A DNA stretch of 64,000 bases from Octopus sinensis. Taxonomy: Eukaryota. The stretch covers positions 13,268,001 to 13,332,000 of the forward strand of contig NC_043023.1 in the NCBI RefSeq assembly GCF_006345805.1, in the 5' to 3' direction. Shown here piece after piece: positions 51,544 to 64,000 of this stretch. How positions within the stretch are numbered: the first letter of the stretch is position 1; each line of letters opens with the position of its first letter. Made by a program: the position numbers and the translations under genes. Under the pieces are notes generated by a model, which saw nothing but the letters and a program-made list of their open reading frames with translations, did not search any database and was not told where the DNA came from.

Positions 51544-52321
51544 GGATCTTTTCGGTTTGAATGGCAGTTTTTAAAAATAATTTCCACTTAACTAAAAAAT
51601 TTTAAACTTCGTATACTGGTAGAATGTGTTTATAAAACATCTTTTTCTCTTGGCTTTATTGAGAAAATTCTATAGTTTGTAAGATATTTGTTGTTTTTTT
51701 TCTTCAATTTCTGCAATTTCAACCAGTCAATGACGTCTATTGAGGTAAAAAAAAACATTCTGTGCCGTATGAATATGTCCCTCGTTTAAGAAACAGATTG
51801 GGTTCATTTACATTTGTGAAGAAAAAAAGATACCCTTCCCCCTAACCCTAAAACAGATTGAAATGTAATAGATCGATACTAGGGTCATAATTATGGGTGA
51901 CAATTTCAACCAATCAATGACATCTATTGAGGTGAAAACATTCTGTGCCGTATGAATATGTTCCTCGTTTAAGAAACAGATTGGGTTTATTTACATTTGT
52001 GAAGAAAAAAAGATACTCTTCCCCCTAACCCTAAAACAGATTGAAATGTAATAGATCGATACTAGGGTCATAATTATGGGTGACAATTTCAACCAAACAA
52101 TGACGTCTATTGAGGTGAAAACATTCTGTGCTGTATGAATATGTCCCTCGTTTAAGAAACAGATTGGGTTTATTTACATTTGTGAAGAAAAAAAGATACT
52201 CTTCCCCCTAACCCTAACCGTAAAACATTGAAATGCAATAGATCGATACTAGGGTCATAATTATGGGTGACAATTTCATATGACACTGCTAGAAAAAATG
52301 CCGTTCAAACCGAAAAGATCT
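51544..52321 (+). mobile_element. Complete family E element with internal ~185-bp triplication
   Basis: Both TIRs present; caatttcaac at 51714, 51901, 52084; imperfect 8-bp flanks gaatccag / gaacccag. Confidence 0.88.
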
Positions 52322-52509
52322 GAACCCAGTATTTCTCGAATGGGAGGAAAGGCAAAGTCAAGCTCGGCCCTATTTGCCGAGGTCAACTTAGACGGCAACC
52401 AATCGATTTGAGTCTCCTTTGATTGTACTTGCTCTCACAGTGTGTCACTGATTGAAGCAAAATAAACAACACACCGACACACTCCTTTTCTTGGTTATTC
52501 TTATGCATA

Positions 52510-54311
52510 GCCATATTTCGTCTGTTGTTATGTTCTGAGTTCAAATTCCACCAAGGTCGACTTTGCCTTTCATCCTTTCGGGGTCGATAAATAAAGTACC
52601 AGTTTCACACTGGGATCGATGTAGCCGACTTAATCCCTTTGTCTGTTCTTGTTTGTCCCCTCTGTGTTTAGCCCCTTGTGGGTAGTAAAGAAATAGGTAT
52701 TTCGTCTGTCTTTACGTTCTGAGTTCAAATTCCGCCGAGGTCGACTTTGCCTTTCATCCATTCGGGGTCGATAAATAAAGTACCAGTTTCACACAGGGGT
52801 CAATGTAATCGACTTAATCCCTTTGTCTGTCCTTGTTTGTCCCCTCTGTGTTTAGCCCCTTGTGGGTAGTAAAGAAATAGGTATTTCGTCTGTCTTTACG
52901 TTCTGAGTTCAAATTCCGCCGAGGTCAAATTTGCCTTTCATCCTTTCGGGGTCGATAAATAAAGTACCAGTTTCACACTGGGATCGATGTAGCCGACTTA
53001 ATCCCTTTGTCTGTTCTTGTTTGTCTCCTCTATGTTTAGCCCCTTGTGGGCAGTAAAGAAATATATTCTTATGTATAGCTTAACAAAGTGGAGGTGCAAT
53101 GGCCCAGTGGTAGGGCAGTGGACTCGCGGTCGTAGGATCGCAGTTTTGATTCCCAGACCGGGCGTTGTGAGAGTTTATTGAGCGAAAACACCTAAAGCTC
53201 CACGAGGCTCCGGCAGGGGGTGGTGGTGAACCCTGCTGTACTCTTTCACCACAACTTTCTTTCCTGTTTCTGTTGTACCTGTATTTCAAAGGGCCAGCCT
53301 TGTTACACTCTGTGTCATGCTGAATCTCCCCAAGAACTATGTTAAGGGTACACATGTCTGTGGAGTGCTCAGCCATTTGCACGTTAATTTCATGAACAAG
53401 CTGGGACCCTCATCATCGTAACTGATGGAGTGCTCATCTTGTGAAGGTGCAATGGCCCAGTGGTTAGGGCAGCGGACTTGTGGTTGTAGGAACGCGGTTT
53501 CGATTCCCAGACCTGGCGTTGTGTGTGTTTATTGAGCGAAAACACCTAAAGCTCCACGAGGCTCTGGCAGGAGATGGTGGTGATCCCCGCTGTACTCTTT
53601 CGCCGCAACTTTCTCTTACTTCCTGTTTCTGTTGTACCTGTATTTCAAAGGCCAGCCTTGTTACACTCTGTGTCATGCTGAATCTCCCCAAGAACTATGT
53701 TAAGGGTACACATGTCTGTGGAGTGCTCAGCCATTTGCACGTTAATTTCATGAACAAGCTGGGACCCTCATCATCGTAACTGATGGAGTGCTCATCTTGT
53801 GAAGGTGCAATGGCCCAGTGGTTAGGGCAGCGGACTTGTGGTTGTAGGAACGCGGTTTCGATTCCCAGACCTGGCGTTGTGTGTGTTTATTGAGCGAAAA
53901 CACCTAAAGCTCCACGAGGCTCTGGCAGGAGATGGTGGTGATCCCCGCTGTACTCTTTCGCCGCAACTTTCTCTTACTTCCTGTTTCTGTTGTACCTGTA
54001 TTTCAAAGGGCCAGCCTTGTCACTCTCTGTGTCACGCTGAATCTTCTTGAGAACTACGTTAAGGGTACACGTGTCTGTGGAGTGCTCAGCCACTTGCACG
54101 TTAATAAATGAGCTGTGACGTCACTGGTGCCAAGCTGTACCGGCCCCTTTGCCTTTCCCTTGGATAACATTGGTGGTGTGGAGAGGGGAGTCTGGTATGC
54201 GTGGGTGACTGCTGGTCTTCCATAAACAACCTTGGCCAGACTTGTGCCTGGGAGGGTAACTTTCTAGGTGCAAGCCCATGGTCAGTGTCGTGACCGAAGG
54301 GGGTCTCAATC
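52510..54311 (+). mobile_element. SINE family C trimer (52510-53063), then SINE B trimer + SINE H tail (53088-54311)
   Basis: B heads at ~53095, 53447, 53805; 13-bp flanking repeat atagcttaacaaa at 53075-53087 and 54312-54324. Confidence 0.85.
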
Positions 54312-54493
54312 ATAGCTTAACAAAAATATAGAAGAACGATATACTGTTAAGCATTTTCTCCAGCAAGCTAATGATTCTGCCAGCACATAATAGAATTATG
54401 TGAACCCTTCGAAGTTACAGTCATCACATAGAAAGATTGAGAAAATATGCTCCCTCGTCTTAGATATATCAGACATGGATTTTTCTGAAATGT

Positions 54494-55145
54494 ATCATCA
54501 TCATCATCATTATCGTTTAGCGTCCGCTTTCCATGCTAGCATGGGTTGGACAGTTCAACTGGGGTCTGGGAGGCCAGAAAGCTGCACCAGGCCCAGTCTG
54601 ATCTGGCAATGTTTCTACGGCTGGATGCCCTTCCTAACGCCAACCACTCGGTGAGTGTAGTGGGTGTTTTTTATGTACCACTGGCACAGGTGCCAGACGA
54701 GGCTGGCAAACAGCCATGATCGGATGGTGCTTTTTATGTGCCACCAGCACGGGGGCCAGGCGAGGCTGGCAACGGCCACGAACGGATGGTGCTTTTTACA
54801 TGCCACCGGCACGAGGCCAGTCAGGGCGGCGCTGGCAACGGCCAAGATCGGATGGTTCTCTTATGTACCACCGGCACTGGTATCACAGCTGCAATTTCCA
54901 TTGATGTTGATCGATTTCGATTCTCGCTTGCCTCAACAGGTCTTCACAAGTAGAGTTTTGTGTCCCCAGAAGGAAAGGTATGCATAAGTGAACTGGCACA
55001 TCCCGGGTTATGGTCTCACTTGTCCTGCTGGGTCTTCTCACGCACAGCACACTTCCAAAGGTCTCAGTCTCTAGTCATTTCCTCAGTGAGACCTAAAGTT
55101 TCAAGGTCTTTAGGTCTCACTGGGGAAATGACTAGAGACCGGAGA
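54494..55145 (-). mobile_element. RTE LINE 3' end with small 5' foldback
   Basis: 3'UTR plus ORF2 C-terminus; 55069-55097 is inverted at 55109-55137. Confidence 0.8.
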
Positions 55146-55189
55146 AAACAAATTTAGGGTGTAGCACACTTGTGTAGGTATACCAGTCT

Positions 55190-55888
55190 TTCAATGCCTC
55201 CATGAACCCTGACCCCTGCAGACATTGACATTAAATGGATGACAGTGTTGATGTTGTAAGATTTGCAATGTTGAATTACTATGTCGTTTAATGATTCTCT
55301 TTATCTCACTGCTTCTTTTTTTTTTCTATTTCAGAATATAACATCCTGTTGATATGAAAGAAATTACTTCATTCAGATGTGCCTCTGATATTTTATCAGC
55401 TCCCATCAACCAAAGGAAGATGATATATTTATAAGGAGCATTCATCAATACATCAAACTCATCTTATAAAGGAAATCTGTGAAAAACAACAGCAAAATAT
55501 TTCTTCTGGACGATGGAATTAACAGCGATAATTTGAAGTCTTTGCTGTCTGGAATATAGAGGAGATGATTGTTTTACAGGTTAATTAAGCTTGGATAACT
55601 TTACAAAGGGTTAGACAATTGTCACCTCTTGATTTAGATATTAAGCAAAATCACAGATGAAAGAAGCATAGCATTAAATTATTCTCTGAAAATAGCAACA
55701 CAAATATATTCATAGAAATGAATTTTTTTCCTATTTCAGAATATCATACCATGTTGATTGAAAAGAAATTTCTTCATTCAGAGGTGTGTCTGATATTTTT
55801 ATTGACTTTCATCAATTAAAGGAAGACCATATATTCATAAGACACATTCATCAATACATCAGCCTCTTTATATAAATATTCTGTCATT
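55190..55888 (+). other. Shared acceptor/5'UTR block of ZNF3, with a second diverged acceptor module
   Basis: Acceptors ending at 55334 and 55739; 55740-55875 is a diverged copy of 55335-55470. Confidence 0.7.
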
Positions 55889-57460
<1,572 letters not shown>

Positions 57461-57462
57461 AT

Positions 57463-57694
57463 ATTTCTTTACTACCCACAAGGGGCTAAACACAGAGAGG
57501 ACAAACAAGAACAGACAAACGGATTAAGTCGATTATATCGGCCCCAATGCATAACTGGTACTTAATTTATCGACCTCAAAAGGATGAAAGGCAAAGTCGA
57601 CCTCAGCGGAATTTGAACTCAGAACGTAGCGGCAGTCGAAATACGGCTATGCATTTCGTCCGGCGTGCTAACGTTTCTGCCAGTTCGCCGCCTT
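57463..57694 (-). mobile_element. Full SINE family C inserted in a degenerate finger
   Basis: 16-bp TSD tatcactgttatatat at 57447-57462 and 57695-57710. Confidence 0.9.
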
Positions 57695-57826
57695 TATCAC
57701 TGTTATATATGTAAATCATTTTCTGGAAATAGCTTGTCACACACATATTCACACAGGTGAGAAGTCAGATTGTTGTGATACCTGTAGTAAATTATTCACT
57801 AAAAATGTTCATTTAACTAATCACAA

Positions 57827-58725
57827 TGGCACGTAAAAAGCACCAACTGATCGTGGCCGTTTGCCAGCCTCGTCTGGCACCTGTGCAGGTGGCACGTAAA
57901 AAGCACCAACTGATCGTGGCCATTTGCCAGCCTCGCCTGGCACCTGTGCAGGTGGCACATAGAAAGCACCAACTGATCGTGGCCATTTGCCAGCCTCGCC
58001 TGGCACCTGTGCAGGTGGCACATAAAAAGCACCAACTGATCGTGGCCGTTTGCCAGCCTCGTCTGGCACCTGTGCAGGTGGCACATAAAAAGCACCAACT
58101 GATCGTGGCCGTTTGCCAGCCTCGTCTGGCACCTGTGCAGGTGGCACATAAAAAGCACCCACTACACTCTTGGAGTGGTTGGCGTTAGGAAGGGCATCCA
58201 GCTGTAGAAACACTGCCAGATCAGACTGGGCCTGGCGCAGCCTTCTGGCTTCCCAGACCCCAGTTGAACCGTCCAACCCATGCTAGCATAGAAAACGGAC
58301 TTTAAACGATGATGAAGGCATTAGGAAGGGCATCAAGCTGTAGAAAAACTGCCAGATCAGACTGGGCCTGGTGCAGCCTTCTGGCTTCCCAGACCCCAGT
58401 TGAACCGTCCAACCCATGCTAGCATGGAAAACGGACTTTAAACGATGATGAAGGCGTTAGGAAGGGCATCCAGCTGTAGAAAAACTGCCAGATCAGACTG
58501 GGCCTGGCGCAGCCTTCTGGCTTCCCAGACCCCATTTGAACCGTCCAACCCATGCTAGCATGGAAAACGGACTTTAAACGATGATGAAGGCGTTAGGAAG
58601 GGCATCCAGCTGTAGAAAAACTGCCAGATCAGACTGGGCCTGGCGCAGCCTTCTGGCTTCCCAGACCCCATTTGAACCGTCCAACCCATGCTAGCATGGA
58701 AAACGGACGTTAAACAATGATGATG
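57827..58725 (+). mobile_element. RTE 3'UTR with 63-bp x ~5.5 and 136-bp x 4 tandem repeats
   Basis: 63-bp period 57827/57890/57953; 136-bp period 58181/58317/58453/58589. Confidence 0.88.
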
Positions 58726-58774
58726 TATTCATCCTAGGGAAAAACCATATCAGTGTGATATATGTGGTAAATTA

Positions 58775-59430
58775 CAGGCGGCGAGCTGGCAGAAACGTTA
58801 TCGCGCCGGGCGAAATACTTAGTGGTATTTCGTCTGTCGCTACGTTCTGAGTTTAAAAAAGTGGAGGCGCGTGGCTTAGTGGTTCGGGTGTTGAACTCAT
58901 GATTGTATGGTTGTGGTTTCAATTCCTGGGCCAGGCGGTGCGTTGTGTTCTTGAGCAAAACACTTCACTTCACGTTGCTCCAGTTCACTCAGCTGGCAAA
59001 AATGAGTAACGCTGCGATGGACTGGTGTCCCGTCCCAGGTGGGGAATTTCTATGCCACTGAAACCGGGAAACCAGCCCTTATGAGCCTGGCATGGCTTGA
59101 GAAGGAAAAGGCAGCGAGCTGGCAGAAACGTTAGCACGCCGGGCGAAATGCGAAGCCGTATTTCATCTGCCATTACGTTCTGAGTTCAAATTCCGTCAAG
59201 GTCGACTTTGCCTTTCATCCTTTTGGGGTCAATTAAATAAGTACTAGTTACGCACTGGGGTTGATATAATCGACTTAATCCCTTTGTCTGTCCTTGTTTG
59301 TCCTCTCTGTGTTTAGCCCCTTGTGGGTAATAAAGAAATAGGTATTTCGTCTGCCGTTACTTTCTGAGTTCAAATTCTGCCAAGGTCGACTTTGCCTTTC
59401 ATCCTTTCGGGGTCGATAGATAAAGAAACT
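58775..59430 (+). mobile_element. Nested SINE C and SINE H-like fragments
   Basis: Family C heads ggcgagctggcagaaacgtta at ~58780 and ~59113; tRNA-like head at 58863. Confidence 0.7.
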
Positions 59431-59809
59431 GGCCCTTATGAGCCAGGCATGGCTCGAGAAGGAACAAACAAACATATATACAGGAGAGAAACATAACATT
59501 ACAATACCTGTGGTAATTCAGATTTGAAAATGATGTTTTAACTATACATGAACATGTTCATACCAGAGAGAAAATATGCATTTTGATATCTGTGGTAAAT
59601 CATTCTCTCATAGACCTAACTTAACTGTACTTGGGCACATCCCTACAAGAGAGAAGCCACCTTGGTGTGACATCTGTGGCAAATCATTTTCTCGAAAAAG
59701 CCACGTCCGTACACAAGGTATTCACACATAAATGTAACTATCAATATCAAAATTTATTACATGACAATGACGGAGACTATTTTGTCTGCTAAAACACAGG
59801 GTTTTTCCC

Positions 59810-60786
59810 CCTTCAATAACAATAACTCTGACCACCTTTTCAAACTCCACGCATCTAACACCTATGGACATGTTTACAAAGTCAGAAAACAGCACAACTC
59901 CCACAACTTTTGGAAACATTTTAGAATACCCTCCATCAGGCATTTGCCATATTCTGAACGCCTTGCTTCTCTGGACATGGATACATTGAAACTCCGACGT
60001 CTGGCATCTGACTTGGCAGACACCCATAAAATTATTAACCATCTTACAAACAATAACTCTGAGCACCTTTTCAAACTCCACCTGTCTAACACCCGTGGAC
60101 ATATTTACAAAGTTAGAAAACAGCACAGCTCCCATGACTTTTGGAAACATTTTTTCCCGCTGAGAGTTGCTGAAGCATGGAACAAACTGCCGGCATCAGT
60201 TGTTAGTTGTCGGAGCACTGCATCCTTCAAAACTTCCATGCTTCCTGAGATTCGCCAACACTACACCTGATCTTTCTCCCCTCCATACACACGCAAGCAT
60301 GTATCTGACTCATACACTGTTCACTTTCCAGACATTTCTACATTACTGCATATACTTTATATGCACTGTTTGACAAGTTGTGGTGCACCTGAGCACTGTA
60401 TACAATAATTTCAATATTATTATTATTTAAAATCTCCACCTGTCTAACACCCATGGACATCTTTACAAAGTCAGAAAACAGCACAGCTCCCATGACTTTC
60501 GGAAACATTTATTTCACGCTAAGAGTTGCTGCACCATGGAACAAACTGCTGGCATCAGCTGTTAGTTGTCGGAGCACTGCATCCTTCAAAACTTCCATGC
60601 TTCCTGAGATTCGCCAACACTACACCTGATCTTTCTCCCCTCCATACACACGCAAGCATGTATCTGACTCCTACACTGTTCACTTCCCAGACATTTGTAC
60701 ATTACTGCATAGGCTTTATACGCACTGTTTGACAAGTTGTGGTGCACCTAAGCACTGTATACAATAATTTCATTATTATTATTATT
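59810..60786 (+). mobile_element. Second CR1-like LINE family, tandem 3' fragments
   Basis: YSERLASLDMDTLKLRRL..TRGHIYKV..RVAEAWNKLP; (att)n tails at ~60420 and ~60780. Confidence 0.8.
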
Positions 60787-60787
60787 T

Positions 60788-61126
60788 CAACACAACGTGA
60801 CAGTCCCGTAAGGGAATTACACCACCGCTGTTTAGCCCTAGGAAGCATCGACGCTTCCTGCCGGCTTTGATACATTTCCCGTGTCCTTATATTTGCGAAG
60901 GCTAGACAGGCATCTCAGCTAGCAGGGCTCACTATCCCGGACTGATGACGGGTTAAGACCCAGAAACATGCATGTCTTCAGGTGTGATTCCTAGCTGGTG
61001 GGGGTGCTTGCCTCCCCTTTGCAGATATGACACAGGAAATGTGTCAAAGCCGACTGGAAGCGTCGATGTTTCCTAGGGCTAAACAACGGTAGTGTAATTC
61101 CCTTACGGGTCTGTCACGTTAAGTTG
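60788..61126. mobile_element. Element K: 339-bp self-complementary foldback
   Basis: 60788-~60900 pairs with ~61020-61126 with few mismatches; weaker pairing continues inward. Confidence 0.8.
60939..60979 (+). ncRNA. Hammerhead ribozyme motif at the apex of element K
   Basis: CTGATGA 60942-60948; helix II GGGT-taag-ACCC; GAAAC 60963-60967; palindromic helix III ACATGCATGT; GTC 60974-60976; helix I gga/ttc; 10.1-11.1 pair is a C-A mismatch. Confidence 0.55.
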
Positions 61127-61239
61127 ACAGTATACAACCACTCTATTTGTCCACCACCGCTCATGTCTCTCTGAGACATTTAGAAATTCAATATTTCTAA
61201 TTATTATTATTTCAATATCAATACTGTCAATGTAAACCT

Positions 61240-61585
61240 CTAATTTGTTTTCTGCAAACGATCCCTAGTCTGGTGGTACGTAAAAAGCATTATCCGACTC
61301 ATGGCCGATGCCAGCGCCGCCTCCACTGGCTTCTGTGCCGGTGGCACGTAAAATACACCAATCCGACCGTGGCCGTTGCCAGCCTCGCCTGGCACCAGTT
61401 CAGGTGGTACGTAAAAAGCACCCACTACACTCACGGAGTGGTTGGCGTTAGGAAGGGCATCCAGCTGTAGAAACATTGCCAGATAAGACTGGAGCCTGGT
61501 GCAGCCTTCTGGCTTCCCAGATCCCCGGTCGAACCGTCCAACCCATGCTAGCATGGAGAACGGACGTTAAACGATGATGATGATG
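61240..61585 (+). mobile_element. RTE 3'UTR fragment
   Basis: Matches the RTE 3'UTR; (gat)n tail. Confidence 0.85.
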
Positions 61586-61664
61586 TATTGACTCCAAAAT
61601 AACTTGATTACTGGAAATACCTGCAGTTTGAGGAATTTGTTATAAAAAAATAATGAATAAAAAC

Positions 61665-62235
61665 GTAAAGTATACTAGCCATCTCAAGATGGCTAACCAC
61701 TAAGGGTGAGTGTTACTGTAGCTTTTAGCCCCAGGAGATCATCGTCTCCAGCTGGCTTTAGGCACCCTTTCTGTGCCCTTATGATACTTGAAAAGGGAGG
61801 TTATCCCTCTCTCGTAAACCTAAGTGATACGCATGGACTGCAGTTTCGAGGTATTTGCCTCTTGTCAACGTACGGTAATCACCGGTTTTCGATAAAGAGA
61901 GACCTGTTTGCAAATATCTATTTAATGTTTTTCCCAGTAACCACTGTCACTGATTTCGAAAAACTGTCTGAAAGCAATAATAAATCTCTGAACGAGATGT
62001 AAACAGTAACCGCTCGAAAATGTAAAGTATACTAGCCATCTCAATATGGCTAACCACTAAGGGTGGGTGTTACTGCAATCCGTGCGTATCACTTAGGTTT
62101 ACAAGAGAGGGGATGACCTCTCTTTGCAAATACCATAAGGGCACAGAAAGTGTGCCTAAAGCCAGCTGGAGACGATGATCTCTTGGGGCTAAAAGCTACA
62201 GTAACACCCACCATTAGTGGTTGGCCATATTGAGA
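61665..62235. mobile_element. Element J: ~160-bp inverted repeats plus an internal direct copy of the left end
   Basis: 61682-61843 inverted at 62073-62235; 61665-61718 repeated directly at 62022-62075. Confidence 0.7.
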
Positions 62236-62967
62236 GGGACATATTCATACGGCACAGAATGTTTTCACCTCAATAGACGTCAGTAATTGGTTGAAATTGC
62301 AGAAATTGAAGAAAAAAAACAACAAATATCTTACAAACTGTAGAATTTTCTCAATAAAGCCAAGAGAAAAAGATGTTTTATAAACACATTCTACCAGTAT
62401 ACGAAGTTTAAAAGTGTTTAGTTACGTGGAAATTATTTAAAAAAAACTGCCGGTCAAACCGAAAGGTCCTATTTCTTAAATGAGGGACATATTCATATGG
62501 TACAGAATGTTTTTTACCTCAATAGACGTCACTGATTGGTTGAAATTGCAGAAATTGAAGAAAAAAAAACAACAAATATCTTACAAACTATAGAATTTTT
62601 CTCAATAAAGCCAAGAGAAAAAGATGTTTTATAAACACATTCTACCAGTATACGAAGTTTAAAAATATTTAGTTACGTGGAAATTATTTTAAAAGACTGC
62701 CGGTCAAACCGAAAGGTCCTATTTCTTAAATGAGGGACATATTCATATGGTACATAATGTTTTTTACCTCAATAGATGTCATTGATTGGTTGAAATTGCA
62801 GAAATTGAAGAAAAAAAACCAACAAATATCTTACAAACTATAGAATTTTCTCAATAAAGCCAAGAGAAAAAGATGTTTTATAAACACATTCTACCAGTAT
62901 ACGAAGTTTAAAATTTTTTAGTTACCTAGAAATTATGTTAAAAATGCCGTTCAAACCAAAAAGATCC
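62234..62967 (-). repeat. Family E terminus in 3 tandem ~250-bp units
   Basis: gagggacat at 62234, 62482, 62732; TIR end aagatcc at 62967. Confidence 0.88.
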
Positions 62968-63157
62968 TCTTTCTCTCTTGTTTTATTTCTTCCTTTTCTC
63001 TTCAGGTGGCTTCAAAGGTTTTGGTTCCAATGGTGACAAACACTACTCATTGGTATAGTCCCAGGTTTCTATTTCAAACAATTTAGGCTCAAGCCTAGTC
63101 GTTTTCAGTGTTATTGGTCGTTGTATCTTCAAAGAAGGTAACCCCATAATATTTTAC

Positions 63158-63859
63158 CTCAATGAAGATTGTTGTGTGAAAAAGTGCCACACCCTAGCGG
63201 TTGAGGGAACCCGTGGAAGAGGCAGACCCAGGAAAACCTGGGACGAGGTGGTGAAGCACGACCTTCGAACTTTAGGTCTCACTGAGGAAATGACTAGAGA
63301 CCGAGACCTTTGGAAGTATGCTATGCGTGAGAAGACCCAGCAGGACAAGTGAGACCATAACCCGTGGCCTCTACATGGGATGTAGCCAGTCCACTTATGC
63401 ATACCTTTCCTTCTTGGGACACAAAACTCTACTTGTGAAGACCTGTTGAGGCAAGTGAGAATCGAAATCGATCAACAACAATGGAAATTGCAGCTGTGAT
63501 ACCAGTGCCAGTGGTATGTAAGAGAACCATCTAAACGTGGCCGATGTCAGCGTCGCCCCAACTGGCCTCGTGCCGGTGGCATGTAAAAAGCACCATCCGA
63601 TCGTGGCCGTTTGCCAGCCTCGCCTGGCCCCCGTGCCAGTGGTACGTAAAAAGCACCATCTGATCGTGGCCGTTTGCCAGCCTCGCCTGGCACCTTTGCC
63701 GGTGGCATGTAAAAAGCACCCACTACACTCACGGAGTGGTTGGCGTTAGGAAGGGCATCCAGCTGACTGGGCCTGATGCAGCCTTCTGGCTTCCCAGATC
63801 CCAGTTGAACCGTCCAACCCATGCTAGCATGGAAAGTGGACGCTAAACGAAGATGATGA
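63158..63859 (+). mobile_element. RTE LINE: ORF2 C-terminus and complete 3'UTR
   Basis: 63158-63352 reads ..RGRGRPRKTWDEVVKHDLRTLGLTEEMTRDRDLWKY..*; (gat)n tail. Confidence 0.88.
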
Positions 63860-63879
63860 GTGAGCCTGCTGGATAAAAC

Positions 63880-64000
63880 TTATGAAATTGTCACCCATAA
63901 TTATGACCCTAGTATCGATCTATTGCATTTCAATCTATTTTAGGGTTAGGGGTGGGGGGAAGGGTATCTTTTTTTCTTCAGAAATGTAAATAAACCCAAT
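63880..64000 (-). mobile_element. Family E fragment running off the window
   Basis: Matches 43530-43800. Confidence 0.8.

Noticed and set aside
61988-62025. Hammerhead-like ctgaacgag..ctcgaaa in element J
   Set aside because: Extra base in the core displaces G8 and helix III is not convincing

Overview
Eukaryotic, repeat-dense DNA, most likely from an octopus (inferred from the [17 protein letters not shown] finger style, the SINE/LINE families and the (TA)n/(CA)n load). It is part of a tandem C2H2 zinc-finger gene cluster. ZNF1 (minus, 7102-8340) has 13 intact fingers and ZNF2 (plus, 33166-34350) has 13 fingers with a stop supplied by a LINE tail. ZNF3 (plus, 55889-~57460) has ~16-17 fingers and is frameshifted in this assembly. 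All three share a homologous upstream cassette: a ~350-bp tandem unit carrying GTAAGT donors, an intron, and a shared acceptor/5'UTR block. ZNF1 and ZNF2 diverge head-to-head around an ~11.9-kb satellite of ~81 x 147 bp. That satellite is the amplified left terminus of a ~430-bp TIR element whose interior and right TIR still follow the array. The rest is TE debris: a 3.1-kb CR1-like LINE with three lesions, RTE and RTE-X-like 3' ends, several tRNA-derived SINE families, piggyBac-like and GG-terminated (Merlin-like) MITEs, a 1.9-kb foldback with its empty site in the window, and a pogo/Tc2-like remnant. Two hammerhead-ribozyme motifs are present, one at the apex of a 339-bp self-complementary element. 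Local tandem amplification of TE termini recurs throughout. All counts and alignments were done by eye; family names are inferred from motifs, not database searches.
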